Positions 49,409 through 62,346 of a DNA stretch of 64,000 nucleotides are shown here, piece after piece. Origin of the DNA: Oscillospiraceae bacterium (GTDB lineage Bacteria > Bacillota > Clostridia > Oscillospirales > Oscillospiraceae); assembly GCA_017448455.1 (NCBI GenBank), contig JAFSLL010000167.1:2457-66456 (forward strand), given 5' to 3'. The notes under the pieces were generated by a model. It saw only the letters and a list, made by a program, of their open reading frames with translations, was not told the DNA's origin and did not search any database. Made by a program: the position numbers and the translations under genes. The first letter of the stretch is position 1. The number at the start of each line of letters is the position of its first letter.

Positions 49409-51844
49409 ATGAAATACGGGTACTTTCAGGACTCCGACCGGGAGTATGTGATCACCACACCGGATACGCCGCTGCCCTGGATCAACTATCTGGGCAGTGA
49501 GGATTTCTTCGCGCTCCTCAGCAACACCGCAGGCGGCTACTGCTTCTACCGCGACGCGCGGCTGCGGCGTCTGACCCGCTACCGCTACAACGGCTGCCCG
49601 CTGGATTCCGAGGGCTTCCGGATCTATATCCGGGACGGCGGGACGGTCTGGAACCCCGGCTGGCAGCCGGTTCAGACGCCCCTCGACGAGTACCGCTGCC
49701 GGCACGGCCTCGGCTACTCCGTCATCGAGGGCACGAAGAACGGCCTGCTCGCAAGGCAGGAGCTGTTCGTGCCCAAAGGGGACAGCTGCCTGCTGACGCG
49801 TGTCACGCTTCTTAACTGCAGTGGGGCGGAGAAACAGGTTTCGCTGTTCCCCTATCTGGAGTTCTGCCTCTGGGACGCCATGGACGACAGCTCCAACTTC
49901 CAGCGCAACTATTCCATCGGCGAAGTCGAGGTGGAACCCGCGGCCATCTACCATAAGACGGAGTACCGCGAGCGGCGCGACCATTACGCCGTTTTCTGGT
50001 CCAGCGCGGCGCCGGACGGCTTCGACACCCAGCGGGAGGCCTTCCTCGGGCGCTACGGCAGCGCCGCCCGGCCCGAGGCCGTGTTCGGCGCCGGCTGCAC
50101 GGGCAGCATCGCGCACGGCTGGCAGCCGATCGCGGCCATGGAGTTTGCCGTCACGCTGGCGCCGGGAGAGAGCCGGAGCCTGATCCTCGGCCTCGGCTAT
50201 ATCGAGAACCCGCGCGAAGAGAAGTGGGAGGCCCCGGGCGTCATCAACAAAACGCGCGCGCACGCCATGATCGCGCGCTACGCGGACGATGCGGCCTTCG
50301 ACGCGGCGCTCGCGGCGCTGCGGGACTACTGGGCGGAGCTCCTGGGGAAGGTCCGCGTGGACAGCGGCAATGAGAAGCTGGACCGCATGGTCAACATCTG
50401 GAACCAGTACCAGTGCATGGTGACCTTTAATATGAGCCGCTCCGCCAGCTATTTTGAGAGCGGCATGGGACGGGGCATGGGCTTCCGGGATTCCTGCCAG
50501 GATCTGCTCGGCTTCGTGCATATGATCCCGGAGCGGGCGCGGGAGCGCATTCTGGACATCGCCGCGACGCAGTTTCCCGACGGGAGCGCCTACCACCAGT
50601 ACCAGCCGCTGACCAAAAAGGGGAATCTGGCCGTCGGCAGCGGCTTCAATGACGACCCGCTCTGGCTGATCGCCGGCACGGACGCCTATCTGCGCGAGAC
50701 CGGCGACTGGTCCATCCTGGAGGAGCCCTGCGCCTTTGACAGCGACCTCTCCCTGGCCGAGCCGCTGCTGGAGCACCTCCGGCGCAGCTTCCGCTATACC
50801 CTGACCCACCTGGGGCCGCACGGCCTGCCCCTGATCGGGCGCGCGGACTGGAACGACTGTCTGAACCTGAACTGCTTTTCCGAGCATCCGGGCGAGAGCT
50901 TCCAGATCACCGGACCCAGTTCGGGTCCCGTGGCGGAGAGCGTCTTCATCGCAGGCATGTTTGTCAAATACGGCCGCGCCTGGGCGGAGATCTGCCGGCA
51001 CCTCGGCCTGGACGAGGAGGCCGACGAAGCCGAGGCGGCGACAGCCGCCATGGAGGCGAAGGTTCTGGATGCCGGCTGGGACGGCGCCTGGTTCCGCCGG
51101 GCCTATGACGCCTTCGGCCGGGTGGTCGGCGGGAAGGAATGCGAAGAGGGGCAGATCTTCCTTGAGCCGCAGGGCATGTGCGTGATGGCCGGCATCGGGA
51201 AGGAGACCGGCGAAGCCGCGCAGGCGCTCCGGAGCGTGGAGGAGCGGCTGGATACCAGGTACGGCATCGTTCTGCTGCAGCCGGCCTATACCCGCTACCG
51301 TCCGGAGCTCGGGGAGATCAGCAGCTACCCGCCCGGCTACAAGGAGAACGCCGGCATCTTCTGCCACATCAACCCCTGGATCGTCTGCGCCGAGGCGGAG
51401 CTCGGCCACGGCGACCGGGCCTTTGAGGTCTACTGCCGGACGGCCCCCGCCTGGCTGGAGGAGATCAGCGAAATCCACCGGACCGAGCCCTATGTCTACA
51501 GCCAGATGATCGCCGGCATCGACGCCCCCAGCTTCGGCGAGGGGAAGAACAGCTGGCTGACCGGCACCGCGGCGTGGAGCTTTGTCGGCGTCTCGCAGGC
51601 GATTCTGGGTATCCAGCCCACCCTGGACGGGCTGCGGATCGATCCCTGCATCCCCGCCCGCTGCAGGGGCTTTACCGCGGTCCGGCAGTACCGCGGGGCG
51701 GAATACCGGATTACGGTGGAAAACCCGGACGGCGTTCAGCGCGGCGTGCGCGAGGTGAGCGTCGACGGGGTCCTGCAGGCGGGCAATGTGCTGCCGCCCG
51801 CCCCGGCCGGGAGCACGGTGGCGGTTCGGGTCCGCCTGGGCTGA
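49409..51844 (+). CDS. Glycoside hydrolase family 94 phosphorylase (cellobiose/cellodextrin/chitobiose phosphorylase family)
   Basis: 811 aa. [29 protein letters not shown]...[20 protein letters not shown] is the conserved GH94 N-terminus. Length matches the family. Confidence 0.85.
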   Translation: MKYGYFQDSDREYVITTPDTPLPWINYLGSEDFFALLSNTAGGYCFYRDARLRRLTRYRYNGCPLDSEGFRIYIRDGGTVWNPGWQPVQTPLDEYRCRHGLGYSVIEGTKNGLLARQELFVPKGDSCLLTRVTLLNCSGAEKQVSLFPYLEFCLWDAMDDSSNFQRNYSIGEVEVEPAAIYHKTEYRERRDHYAVFWSSAAPDGFDTQREAFLGRYGSAARPEAVFGAGCTGSIAHGWQPIAAMEFAVTLAPGESRSLILGLGYIENPREEKWEAPGVINKTRAHAMIARYADDAAFDAALAALRDYWAELLGKVRVDSGNEKLDRMVNIWNQYQCMVTFNMSRSASYFESGMGRGMGFRDSCQDLLGFVHMIPERARERILDIAATQFPDGSAYHQYQPLTKKGNLAVGSGFNDDPLWLIAGTDAYLRETGDWSILEEPCAFDSDLSLAEPLLEHLRRSFRYTLTHLGPHGLPLIGRADWNDCLNLNCFSEHPGESFQITGPSSGPVAESVFIAGMFVKYGRAWAEICRHLGLDEEADEAEAATAAMEAKVLDAGWDGAWFRRAYDAFGRVVGGKECEEGQIFLEPQGMCVMAGIGKETGEAAQALRSVEERLDTRYGIVLLQPAYTRYRPELGEISSYPPGYKENAGIFCHINPWIVCAEAELGHGDRAFEVYCRTAPAWLEEISEIHRTEPYVYSQMIAGIDAPSFGEGKNSWLTGTAAWSFVGVSQAILGIQPTLDGLRIDPCIPARCRGFTAVRQYRGAEYRITVENPDGVQRGVREVSVDGVLQAGNVLPPAPAGSTVAVRVRLG

Positions 51845-51854
51845 AGCGAATAAA

Positions 51855-51908
51855 AAACAAAACGGATGGAGAAGAGGCTTTCCTGCCTGTTCTCCATCCG
51901 TTTTGTTT
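51855..51908. terminator. Bidirectional terminator between GH94 and atpC
   Basis: 19-bp stem AAACAAAACGGATGGAGAA / TTCTCCATCCGTTTTGTTT, with A/T runs on both sides. Confidence 0.85.
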
Positions 51909-51921
51909 ATCTTTTTCTGTT

Positions 51922-52194
51922 TTATTCCGTCTCCGCCAGCCGGGCGTGTCCGGCCAGAACGGTCACGGTGTTGTCGCGCACATCCGCGATGCCGCCGCTG
52001 AGCTGCAGGCGTTTTTCCGTGCCGTCTTCCATCCGGAAGCGGGCCTCGCCCTCCCGCAGCGCGCAGAGCATCGGGGCGTGATGCGCCAGAACGCCGACGG
52101 AGCCGCCCTCCACCGGGAGTCTGCAGGCCGAAGCGCTGCCCTGCAGCAGGGGGCCGTCGGCCGTGATGACCGACAGCTGAAAGCAGTTTGCCAT
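51922..52194 (-). CDS. atpC: F-type ATP synthase epsilon subunit, short form (beta-sandwich domain only)
   Basis: MANCFQLSVITADGPLLQG...LPVEGGSVGVLAHHAPML matches the epsilon N-terminal domain. The ORF stops after 90 aa and is followed by the terminator. Confidence 0.8.
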   Translation of the reverse strand: MANCFQLSVITADGPLLQGSASACRLPVEGGSVGVLAHHAPMLCALREGEARFRMEDGTEKRLQLSGGIADVRDNTVTVLAGHARLAETE

Positions 52195-52206
52195 GGCGCC
52201 CCTCCG

Positions 52207-54473
<2,267 letters not shown>

Positions 54474-54503
54474 GCGGACCACCTCCCTTCTTCACCCCGG
54501 CGC

Positions 54504-56777
54504 TCAGGCCGCGGTAAAACTCTCCGTATAGGTCCGGATCTCTTCCTTCAGACGGTCGCTCTCCTCTTTGCTGAGCTTGCGGCCGCTGTTGATGATGCCG
54601 GTCAGCTCCGGCCAGTGTGATTTGACATAGGGGATCAGGCCCTTTTCAAAGGCCGCGACGTCCCCGAGCTCAATGCCGTCGGCAAAGCCCTCGTTCACGG
54701 CGAAGATCGAGATCACCTGATCCGCGGCTTCCATCGGGGAGTAGTTGCGCTGCTTCAGGACCTCCGTCATCCGGTCGCTGCGGTGCAGCGTCGCCCGCGT
54801 CGCCTTGTCCAGATCCGACCCGAACTGGGAGAAGGCCTGGAGCTCGCGGTACTGGGCGAGGTCCATGCGGAGCCTGCCCGCGACCTGCTTCATGGCGCCC
54901 AGCTGCGCCGAACCGCCGACACGGGACACCGAGAGCCCGACGTTGACCGCCGGACGGATGCCGGCGTTGAAGAGGTCGGTCTCCAGGAAGATCTGGCCGT
55001 CGGTGATGGAGATGACGTTGGTGGGGATATACGAGGAGATGTCGCCCGCCTGGGTCTCGATGACGGGAAGGGCGGTCATGCTGCCGCCGCCTTCCTCATC
55101 GCTGAGGCGCGCCGCGCGCTCCAGGAGACGGGAATGCAGGTAAAAGACATCGCCGGGGTAGGCCTCGCGTCCGGGCGGACGGTGCAGCAGGAGGGAAATC
55201 TCACGGTAGGCCACCGCCTGCTTGGAGAGGTCGTCGTAGATGATCAGGACGTCCCTGCCCTTATGCATGAAATACTCGCCCATCGCGCAGCCGGCGTAGG
55301 GCGCGACATACAGCATGGGTGCGGACTCCGAGGCGCTCGCGCTGACGACGATGGTGTAGTCCATCGCGCCGCGCTCCCGCAGCTTCTGTACAAAGCCCGC
55401 GACCGTCGACTCCTTCTGGCCGATGGCCACGTAGACGCAGATCATGTCCTTGCCCTTCTGGTTCAGGATGGTGTCCAGAAGGATCGCCGATTTGCCGGTC
55501 TGGCGGTCGCCGATGATGAGCTCGCGCTGGCCGCGGCCGATCGGGACCAGGGCGTCGATGGCCTTGATGCCGGTCTGCATCGGGACGGAAACCGGCTGGC
55601 GCATGATGACGCCGGGCGCCTGCCCTTCGATGGGCAGGGTGTGGGTGGTGTGGATCTCGCCCGCGCCGTCGATGGGCCTGCCGAGGGCGTCCACCACGCG
55701 GCCGATCAGCTCCTCACCGACCGGGACCTCGATAATCCGCCCGCTGCGGCGAACCCGGTCGCCCTCCTGCAGGCCGGAATAGTTCCCGAGCAGAACCACG
55801 CCGATGTTGTCCTTCTCCAGGTCCATCACCATGCCCTGCAGGTCATTGCCGAATTCGATCAGCTCGCCGGCCATGGCGTCGGAAACGCCGGAGACCCGGC
55901 AGATGCCGTCGGACACGCTGACGACGGTTCCGGTCTGGTAGACATCCGGCTCCGGCCGAACCTGCCGCAGCTGGGCGCGCAGCAGCTCCACGAGGTCCTC
56001 CCCGTCGTGGCCGAGCACGGTGACGCCGTCCTTCGCGCGCTCGAGCATGCTGTCGAGCGTGTAATCATAGACCGTGTCGCCGATCTGCAGATAAATGCCG
56101 CCGGCGAGGCTCGCATCCTCCTCCACGGAGAAGCAGACCTCGTCCTCGGTCGCTGACTCCCCGCACTCGCGCAGGGCAGAGAGCACGGCGTTCAGCACGC
56201 AGCCGCGCTGTTCGGCGGACAGCGCCTGCGCGCTGCGCACCTGAACGGACAGCTGTCCGTTTTCCTGAAAGCCGAGCTCGTCGCCGAGGGTCAGATGCAG
56301 ATTCTCTGTGGCGCGGCGCACCATCCTGTCCGTCAGGGCGGCGCAGGCCTGCGCATAGCCGCCGGTCTTCACCAGCTGCCGCACTTCCCCGATGACCTCC
56401 TCCATGGCCTCCCGCGTCAGATCCTGCCGCGCGCTCCTGCTGCGCTGGAGAATGCTCCGCTCCGTGTCGGCCGCGCGCTCCCGCGCCTGCTGAAGGTCTT
56501 CGTTCTGCGCGGCGGTCTTCCGCGCCTCCGCATCGTCCCCGGCAGTACGGAGAATCTCCGCGCGCTCTTTTTCGGCGGCGGCGTTTGTCTGCGGAATGCC
56601 GGCCAGAGCCGCGTCGGCGTTTTCCGCCGCGGCGGAAGCGGCTTTCAGGTCTTCCTCTATTTTGGTACGGCGTCCGCCAAACATCTTCGGAACGATCTTC
56701 TTCCCGATGATGAAGAGCGCCGCCGCAAGGATCGCAAAGTTAATCAGCCCGTAAACCAGGGTATAGCCTGTAGTCAT
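54504..56777 (-). CDS. atpA: Single ORF fusing a b-like stator segment, a delta (OSCP) C-terminal domain, and the complete F-type ATP synthase alpha subunit
   Basis: Residues 1 to about 130: TM helix plus coiled coil, as in subunit b. About 175-250: [15 protein letters not shown]...[30 protein letters not shown] aligns with the E. coli delta C-terminus. From about 263: [10 protein letters not shown]...[16 protein letters not shown] and Walker [11 protein letters not shown] equal alpha. No stop codon between the parts. Confidence 0.85.
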   Translation of the reverse strand: MTTGYTLVYGLINFAILAAALFIIGKKIVPKMFGGRRTKIEEDLKAASAAAENADAALAGIPQTNAAAEKERAEILRTAGDDAEARKTAAQNEDLQQARERAADTERSILQRSRSARQDLTREAMEEVIGEVRQLVKTGGYAQACAALTDRMVRRATENLHLTLGDELGFQENGQLSVQVRSAQALSAEQRGCVLNAVLSALRECGESATEDEVCFSVEEDASLAGGIYLQIGDTVYDYTLDSMLERAKDGVTVLGHDGEDLVELLRAQLRQVRPEPDVYQTGTVVSVSDGICRVSGVSDAMAGELIEFGNDLQGMVMDLEKDNIGVVLLGNYSGLQEGDRVRRSGRIIEVPVGEELIGRVVDALGRPIDGAGEIHTTHTLPIEGQAPGVIMRQPVSVPMQTGIKAIDALVPIGRGQRELIIGDRQTGKSAILLDTILNQKGKDMICVYVAIGQKESTVAGFVQKLRERGAMDYTIVVSASASESAPMLYVAPYAGCAMGEYFMHKGRDVLIIYDDLSKQAVAYREISLLLHRPPGREAYPGDVFYLHSRLLERAARLSDEEGGGSMTALPVIETQAGDISSYIPTNVISITDGQIFLETDLFNAGIRPAVNVGLSVSRVGGSAQLGAMKQVAGRLRMDLAQYRELQAFSQFGSDLDKATRATLHRSDRMTEVLKQRNYSPMEAADQVISIFAVNEGFADGIELGDVAAFEKGLIPYVKSHWPELTGIINSGRKLSKEESDRLKEEIRTYTESFTAA

Positions 56778-56818
56778 GTCCGGTCATCCCTCCTCTCTGC
56801 ATATTGTTTCACGTTCTG

Positions 56819-57241
56819 TTACTGTTCCAGCAGCTTCCCTGCGAGGAGCTCCGCGAGCTCCGGCGAGGCAGCCTTCAGCTGAGCGGCGGAAGAGGCCTTC
56901 CGGTCCTCCAGCGCGGCCTCGGCGTCGACGAGATCCTGCTTCGCCTTTGCCTTGTCCTCAGCCGCGCTCTCCGCTCGCAGGCGCCGGGCTTCGGCATCCG
57001 CGTCAGCCAGAATCCGCTTTGCCTCTTCCCGGGTCTCCGCCTTCGCTTCGGCAAGCCGGGCGTCATTCTCCCTGACCCGGTCCAGCGCGGCCTGCTCGGC
57101 AGCATGCTTTTCGTCCATGGCGGCCTGACGCTCGTCCATGACGCGCAGAATCGGAGTAAAGAGAAAGCGTTTTAACAGAAAATAGAGCAGAAAGAAGTTG
57201 ATGACCGTCCAGATAAGCTCCGATGGATTGATACTGAGCAT
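56819..57241 (-). CDS. atpF: F-type ATP synthase subunit b
   Basis: 140 aa. N-terminal TM (LIWTVINFFLLYFLLKRFLFTPI) followed by a long charged helix. Confidence 0.85.
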   Translation of the reverse strand: MLSINPSELIWTVINFFLLYFLLKRFLFTPILRVMDERQAAMDEKHAAEQAALDRVRENDARLAEAKAETREEAKRILADADAEARRLRAESAAEDKAKAKQDLVDAEAALEDRKASSAAQLKAASPELAELLAGKLLEQ

Positions 57242-57286
57242 GGACTGTCTCCTCCCTCTTGAATCGGATGTCCGAGTCTGAAAAAC

Positions 57287-57517
57287 TCAGACCTTGGAGA
57301 TCAGCATAAAGGCGATCAGCAGGCCGTAGATGGTCAGGGCCTCCATCAGGCCCAGAGAGATGACCAGCGTAGAGCGGATCTCACCGGCGGCTTCCGGCTG
57401 ACGGGCGATGGCGTCCATGGCGCTGCTGGCGGTTTTGCCCTGCGCGAGAGCGGGGCAGATCGTGCTGAGAGCAATCGCAAACGCGGCGGCGAGGGCGATA
57501 ACGGCGGATGTTTCCAT
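57287..57517 (-). CDS. atpE: F-type ATP synthase subunit c
   Basis: 76-aa hairpin with the ARQPEA loop. Ion-binding helix [12 protein letters not shown] resembles the H+-type cyanobacterial/chloroplast c subunit ([10 protein letters not shown]). Confidence 0.9.
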   Translation of the reverse strand: METSAVIALAAAFAIALSTICPALAQGKTASSAMDAIARQPEAAGEIRSTLVISLGLMEALTIYGLLIAFMLISKV

Positions 57518-57584
57518 AGGTATGTTCCTCCTGAAAATAAAATGAAATAATGGGGTAAATCAGAATGTTCCTGTTTCGCAGGGC

Positions 57585-58256
57585 TTATTCGGCTGCTTCG
57601 GCGACGTAGATCGAAAGCAGCATGGTGAAGACCATGGCCTGAATCAGGCAGAAGAGCATGCTCAGCACCTGCATGACCAGGGGCACCAGAATCGGGAAAA
57701 TGCTGTAAAGATTCTCCGTCACGGTCTCCTCCCCGTACAGGTTGCCGTATAGACGCAGCGCCAGCGAGAACGGGCGCACGACCTGCTCAATCAGGGAGAG
57801 GAAAAACAGCGGGATCGTCATGGCGGTCAGCACGCTCAGGATATACTTCCCGAAGCCCTTTTCCTTCACGCCGATCACATGGATCGTAAAGAAGGCAATG
57901 ATGCCGAGTCCGGCCGTGACAGAAAAGCTGGCCGTGGGGACGTGGAAGGCCTTCAGATGTCCCGCGCCCGGCAGCAGGCCGGAATAGTTGCTGACAATAA
58001 TGAAGATAAAGAAGGTTGCGAACAGCGGAAAATACTTCTTCGTCAGATGCTTCCCCAGCGTGCCTTCAAAATAGTCCCGCAGCTTCGCGACGGCCATCTC
58101 CGCGACGTTCTGCAGCTTTCCCGGAACCGTCTTCAGGTTCCGCGTGGCGAGCCAGCTGAACAGCGTCAGGGCCAGAATGATGGCCCACATGGTTGTCACC
58201 GTTCCCGTTACCTGCAGGGGGCCGATCGAAAACAGGACGTTACTCGCCTCTTCCAA
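57585..58256 (-). CDS. atpB: F-type ATP synthase subunit a
   Basis: 223 aa, polytopic. The conserved Arg is in FSLALRLYGNLYGEE. Confidence 0.9.
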   Translation of the reverse strand: MEEASNVLFSIGPLQVTGTVTTMWAIILALTLFSWLATRNLKTVPGKLQNVAEMAVAKLRDYFEGTLGKHLTKKYFPLFATFFIFIIVSNYSGLLPGAGHLKAFHVPTASFSVTAGLGIIAFFTIHVIGVKEKGFGKYILSVLTAMTIPLFFLSLIEQVVRPFSLALRLYGNLYGEETVTENLYSIFPILVPLVMQVLSMLFCLIQAMVFTMLLSIYVAEAAE

Positions 58257-58460
58257 TAAAGATCACCTCCATCCGTTCAGCCTGTCGGATCCCGTCGTCC
58301 CGGACGGGTCCGATGCTGCAGAGAAAATCTCTGTTCTTGTTATCATACACTATTTTCGGGTTTTTGAAAAGGCTTCCCGCCGCCATTTTTCGGAAAATGC
58401 CCAATTCTTTTTCTTCTCGGAGTCGGCGTCTCCGCCTTTCGGAGCGCCTCCGTCGGAAGC

Positions 58461-58505
58461 AAAAAGGAGCTGCCCCGCCGGACCGGATCGCCGGCTGAGG
58501 CAGCT
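58461..58505 (-). terminator. Intrinsic terminator downstream of glnN
   Basis: Outer stem AGCTGCC/GGCAGCT enclosing a GC-rich inner hairpin. On the minus strand it is followed by CCTTTTTG. Confidence 0.55.
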
Positions 58506-58525
58506 TATGCCTGATTCTGTTATGC

Positions 58526-60616
58526 TTACACGCCGAACAGCAGCTCGCCATAGGTCGGGAAGGGCCAGCAGTCCGCGGCAGTCACCGTCTCCGCCTCGTC
58601 GCAGAGCGCGCGCAGCTCCGCCATCCGCTGCAGGACCTCGTCCCGGATGTGGAAGGCCTGGACCGTGTTGTCCTCGCCCTCATGCGCGGCGACGCAGGCT
58701 TCGAGCGTGTCGGCAGCGGCGTCGATGCCGTCGACCAGGAGGGAGAGCTTCCGGATGAGCCGGGTCTCATAGCTGCAGGCCAGACCCGGGTCGGCAGCCG
58801 TCTTCGCGAGTTTGCCCGCGGAGAGGTCCGCGCAGTACTTCGAAACCGCCGGGAGAATCTGCCGCCTGGCCATGTCAACCATGGTCAGAGCCTCAATGCG
58901 GACCGTGCGGACGTAGTTCTCCATCTTGGTCTCATAGCGGGAGCGGATCTCCACTTCGGAAAAGACCTTATGCCGGACGAGCATCTCGATGTTGGCGGGA
59001 TCCAATACCCTGACCAGGGCATCCGGCGTGGTGGGCAGGTTGGACAGGCCGCGGACTTCGGTCGCCTCCTTCGTCCAGCTGTCGTCGTAGCCGTTGCCGT
59101 TGAAGATAATCCGCCTGTGGGCGGTGATGTTCTCCTTGATCAGGTCGTGCAGGCGGGCGTCAAAGTCCTCCGCCGCCTCCAGGTCGTCGGCGAATACCCG
59201 CAGGGCCTCCGCGACGGCGCTGTTGATCATGATGTTCGCGCAGGAGATGGAGTCGCTGGAGCCGACCATGCGGAACTCGAACTTGTTGCCGGTGAAGGCA
59301 AAGGGCGAGGTGCGGTTGCGGTCCGTCGTATCCCGGTTGAAGCGCGGAAGCACGTCGGCGCCGAGGCGGATGCGCTTCTTCTCCGTGCCGGCGTAGGGGG
59401 TGTCGCTCTCGATCGCGTCGAGGATGGCGGTCAGCTCATCGCCGAGGAACATGGAGACAATGGCCGGGGGCGCCTCGGAGGCGCCAAGGCGGTGGTCGTT
59501 GCCCGCGGTCGCCACGCTCAGGCGCAGCAGATCCTGATACTCATCCACGGCCTTGACCACCGCAACCAGGAAGAGCAGGAACTGCGCGTTCTCGTGCGGC
59601 GTCTCGCCGGGGCTGAGCAGGTTCACGCCGGTGTTGGTGGCGATGGACCAGTTGTTGTGCTTGCCGCTGCCATTGACACCGGCAAAGGGCTTCTCATGCA
59701 GGAGGCACATCAGGTTGTGCCGGCGGGCCACCTTCTTCATGATCTCCATGGTCAGCTGGTTGTGGTCGGAAGCGATGTTGCTAGTGGTAAAGATCGGGGC
59801 GAGCTCATGCTGGGCGGGCGCGACCTCGTTATGCTGGGTCTTGGCATAGATGCCGAGCTTCCAGAGCTCCTCGTTCAGCTCTTCCATAAAGGCCATCACG
59901 CGCGGCTTGATCGCGCCGAAGTAATGGTCGTCCAGCTCCTGGCCCTTCGGCGGGCGGGCGCCGAACAGGGTGCGGCCGGTATAGATCAGGTCCTTGCGTT
60001 TGAGGTACATGTCCCGGTCGATCAGGAAGTATTCCTGCTCCGGGCCGACATTGGTCACGACGCGCTTGACCTCGGTATTGCCGAAGAGCCGCAGGATCCG
60101 CATTGCCTGCCGGCTCAGGGCCTCCATGCTGCGCAGGAGCGGGGTCTTCTTATCCAGCGCCTCGCCGCCGTAGGAGCAGAAGGCGGTCGGGATGCAGAGG
60201 ACCTTCTCCTTGATGAAGGCATAGGAGGTGGGGTCCCAGGCCGTATAGCCGCGCGCCTCAAAGGTGGAGCGCAGGCCGCCGGAGGGGAAGCTGGAGGCGT
60301 CCGGTTCCCCGGTGATGAGGTTCTTGCCGGAAAACTCCATAATGACATGGCTGTCCGGGGCCGGCGTGATGAAGCTGTCGTGCTTCTCGGCCGTGATGCC
60401 GGTCAGCGGCTGGAACCAGTGCGTAAAATGCGTCGCGCCGTTTTCCACGGCCCACTCGCACATGGCGTCGGCGACCGCGTTGGCCACGGAGAGCTCCAGC
60501 TTCTTCCCGTTGTTGATGGTCTGCCGCAGGGAGCGGTAGACGTCCGCGGAGAGTCTGGCCCGCATGACCTTGTCATCAAAAACTTTGCATCCGAACATTT
60601 CCGGTACGGTACTCAT
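58526..60616 (-). CDS. glnN: Glutamine synthetase type III
   Basis: About 696 aa. [22 protein letters not shown]...[13 protein letters not shown] is the GSIII N-terminus. I prefer the ATG at 60614-60616 (GAGGGA 8 nt upstream) over the one at 60620-60622. Confidence 0.9.
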   Translation of the reverse strand: MSTVPEMFGCKVFDDKVMRARLSADVYRSLRQTINNGKKLELSVANAVADAMCEWAVENGATHFTHWFQPLTGITAEKHDSFITPAPDSHVIMEFSGKNLITGEPDASSFPSGGLRSTFEARGYTAWDPTSYAFIKEKVLCIPTAFCSYGGEALDKKTPLLRSMEALSRQAMRILRLFGNTEVKRVVTNVGPEQEYFLIDRDMYLKRKDLIYTGRTLFGARPPKGQELDDHYFGAIKPRVMAFMEELNEELWKLGIYAKTQHNEVAPAQHELAPIFTTSNIASDHNQLTMEIMKKVARRHNLMCLLHEKPFAGVNGSGKHNNWSIATNTGVNLLSPGETPHENAQFLLFLVAVVKAVDEYQDLLRLSVATAGNDHRLGASEAPPAIVSMFLGDELTAILDAIESDTPYAGTEKKRIRLGADVLPRFNRDTTDRNRTSPFAFTGNKFEFRMVGSSDSISCANIMINSAVAEALRVFADDLEAAEDFDARLHDLIKENITAHRRIIFNGNGYDDSWTKEATEVRGLSNLPTTPDALVRVLDPANIEMLVRHKVFSEVEIRSRYETKMENYVRTVRIEALTMVDMARRQILPAVSKYCADLSAGKLAKTAADPGLACSYETRLIRKLSLLVDGIDAAADTLEACVAAHEGEDNTVQAFHIRDEVLQRMAELRALCDEAETVTAADCWPFPTYGELLFGV

Positions 60617-60676
60617 GTCCATTCCCTCTTTCGTTTTTCAGATTGGCTGATGAACGGTTGAATGCAGCTTATTCAA

Positions 60677-60729
60677 AACGAGAGACCGAGGCGTGCAGAT
60701 GCCCTTCTGGGACGCCCTTGTCTCTCGTT
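60677..60729 (-). promoter_or_regulatory. Promoter-proximal leader hairpin upstream of glnN
   Basis: 10-bp outer stem AACGAGAGAC/GTCTCTCGTT enclosing a second GC-rich stem. On the minus strand it is followed by TTTTG. It begins a few nt after the predicted transcription start. Confidence 0.5.
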
Positions 60730-60735
60730 GCGCGT

Positions 60736-60764
60736 ATCTTACCCGAGTTTCCGGGAAATGTCAA
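60736..60764 (-). promoter_or_regulatory. Sigma-70-type promoter of glnN
   Basis: Minus strand: TTGACA (60759-60764), a 17-nt spacer, TAAGAT (60736-60741). Confidence 0.6.
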
Positions 60765-60887
60765 GGAAGCTACGATACATTTTCCGTATGTTTATAATTC
60801 CCTGTGTTTATTTGCTCTCTTCCTCGTCCTTCTCCCTGGACAGCATGACGTTGGCCAGAACGGAAAAGTTAATGCGGTTGATCCAGA

Positions 60888-62297
60888 TCAGAACTTGCCA
60901 AGCGAGCCGGAGTTTTCCTGGTTTGGCATGTACTCTTCGCGCTTGCCGGGGAGGATGGCGTTGAGAATGATGCCGACGATCGAGGCAACCGCGAGGCCGG
61001 AGAGAGCGATCTTCATATCGCCGATCATGAAGGAGATAGCACCAGTTGCGTTGTTGCCGCCAAGCGTGATATCTGCGCCGAGGAGACCGGAGAAGTTGAT
61101 GCCGAGTGCGAGACCGAGGATGACAGCCGCAACGATGATGTTCCTGGACTTCTGGAAGTCAGTGTGGTTCTCGACCATGTTGCGTATGCCGACAGCGGAG
61201 ATCATACCATAGAGGATGATCGACACTCCACCGACCGTGGCGGCGGGCATGGCGGAGATCAGGGCTGCAAATTTCGGACAGAAAGAGAGGACGATTGCAA
61301 AGATCGCCGCAAGGCGGACGACCAGTGGATCGTAAACCTTCGTCAATACGAGGACACCGGTATTCTCGCCATAGGTCGTGTTGGCCGGGGCACCAAAGAG
61401 CGCAGCGATCGTGGTGCCGATACCATCGCCGATCAGGGTGCGGTGCAGGCCCGGATCCTCGATCAGGTTCCGCTCGATCGTGCCACCGATGGCGGAAATA
61501 TCGCCGACGTGCTCCATCATGGTCGCAAAGGAGATCGGGACGATCATGATGATCGAGGAGATCAGCAAACCGGAGTTAACCTTGCCGGAGCCGAAGAGAC
61601 CGAAAACCGTATTCTGCATCTGGACGGGAAGCCCGATCCAGGCGGCTTCTTTAACGCCACTGAAATCGACAGTGCCGGTCACGGCCGCAAGCAGGTAGGA
61701 GACCAGGACGCCCATCAGGATCGGAACGATCTTCAGCATGCCATTGCCCCAGATGTTGCAGACGATAACAACGACAATTGCAGTAAGGGCGATGAGCCAG
61801 TTAGAAGAGCAATTGTTGATGGCAGACGGTGCGAGGATCAGGCCGATCGCGATAATGATCGGGCCGGTAACAACGGGCGGGAAGAAGCGCATGACGTTCT
61901 TCGAGCCGAAGGCCCTGCAGATCGCCGCAAGGATGAGGTAGAGCAGACCGGCGCAGGCAACGCCAACGCAGGCGTAGGGCAGAGCCTCAGCCTGTGACAG
62001 GCCTATTTCTGCGCCGGAGGCGACAACGGAGAAATAGCCGCCAAGAAAGGCGAAGGAGGAGCCGAGGAAGACGGGGACTTTCTTACCTGTGACAAAGTGC
62101 ATGAACAGCGTGGCGAGGCCGGCGAAGAGCAGTGTCGCGGACACGCTCAACCCGGTCAAGATCGGAACGAGCACGGTGGCGCCGAACATGGCGAAGAGGT
62201 GCTGTACACCAAGAATCAGCATTTTCGGTGTGCCGAGGGTACGCGCATCATAGATCGGGCCGTCGACGGCCGCTTTCTTTTCGTTATCCATTTTCAT
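60888..62297 (-). CDS. pyrP: Uracil/xanthine permease (NCS2 family), probable uracil permease
   Basis: 469 aa. ...LILGVQHLFAMFGATVLVPILTG is the NCS2 signature region. Located directly downstream of pyrR, as in Bacillus. Confidence 0.85.
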   Translation of the reverse strand: MKMDNEKKAAVDGPIYDARTLGTPKMLILGVQHLFAMFGATVLVPILTGLSVSATLLFAGLATLFMHFVTGKKVPVFLGSSFAFLGGYFSVVASGAEIGLSQAEALPYACVGVACAGLLYLILAAICRAFGSKNVMRFFPPVVTGPIIIAIGLILAPSAINNCSSNWLIALTAIVVVIVCNIWGNGMLKIVPILMGVLVSYLLAAVTGTVDFSGVKEAAWIGLPVQMQNTVFGLFGSGKVNSGLLISSIIMIVPISFATMMEHVGDISAIGGTIERNLIEDPGLHRTLIGDGIGTTIAALFGAPANTTYGENTGVLVLTKVYDPLVVRLAAIFAIVLSFCPKFAALISAMPAATVGGVSIILYGMISAVGIRNMVENHTDFQKSRNIIVAAVILGLALGINFSGLLGADITLGGNNATGAISFMIGDMKIALSGLAVASIVGIILNAILPGKREEYMPNQENSGSLGKF

Positions 62298-62346
62298 CTT
62301 TACCTTTCCAAATAAAATTAATGAAAATCTATATGGAAGGGAGAGC

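Noticed and set aside
49148-51478. 776-aa ORF antisense to the GH94 phosphorylase
   Set aside because: Same reasoning. The GH94 frame has a conserved N-terminus, an AAGGAG RBS and the expected length, while the antisense product is Arg/Ala/Gly/Pro-rich.
57287-57517. Possible Na+-specific c-ring (Gln in helix 1 plus Glu and Tyr in helix 2)
   Set aside because: The positions after the carboxylate are Ala-Leu (MEALTIY), not the Ser/Thr pair of Na+-binding c subunits (AESTGIY in Ilyobacter, as I recall it). The helix matches the H+-type cyanobacterial/chloroplast motif, so H+ coupling is more likely.
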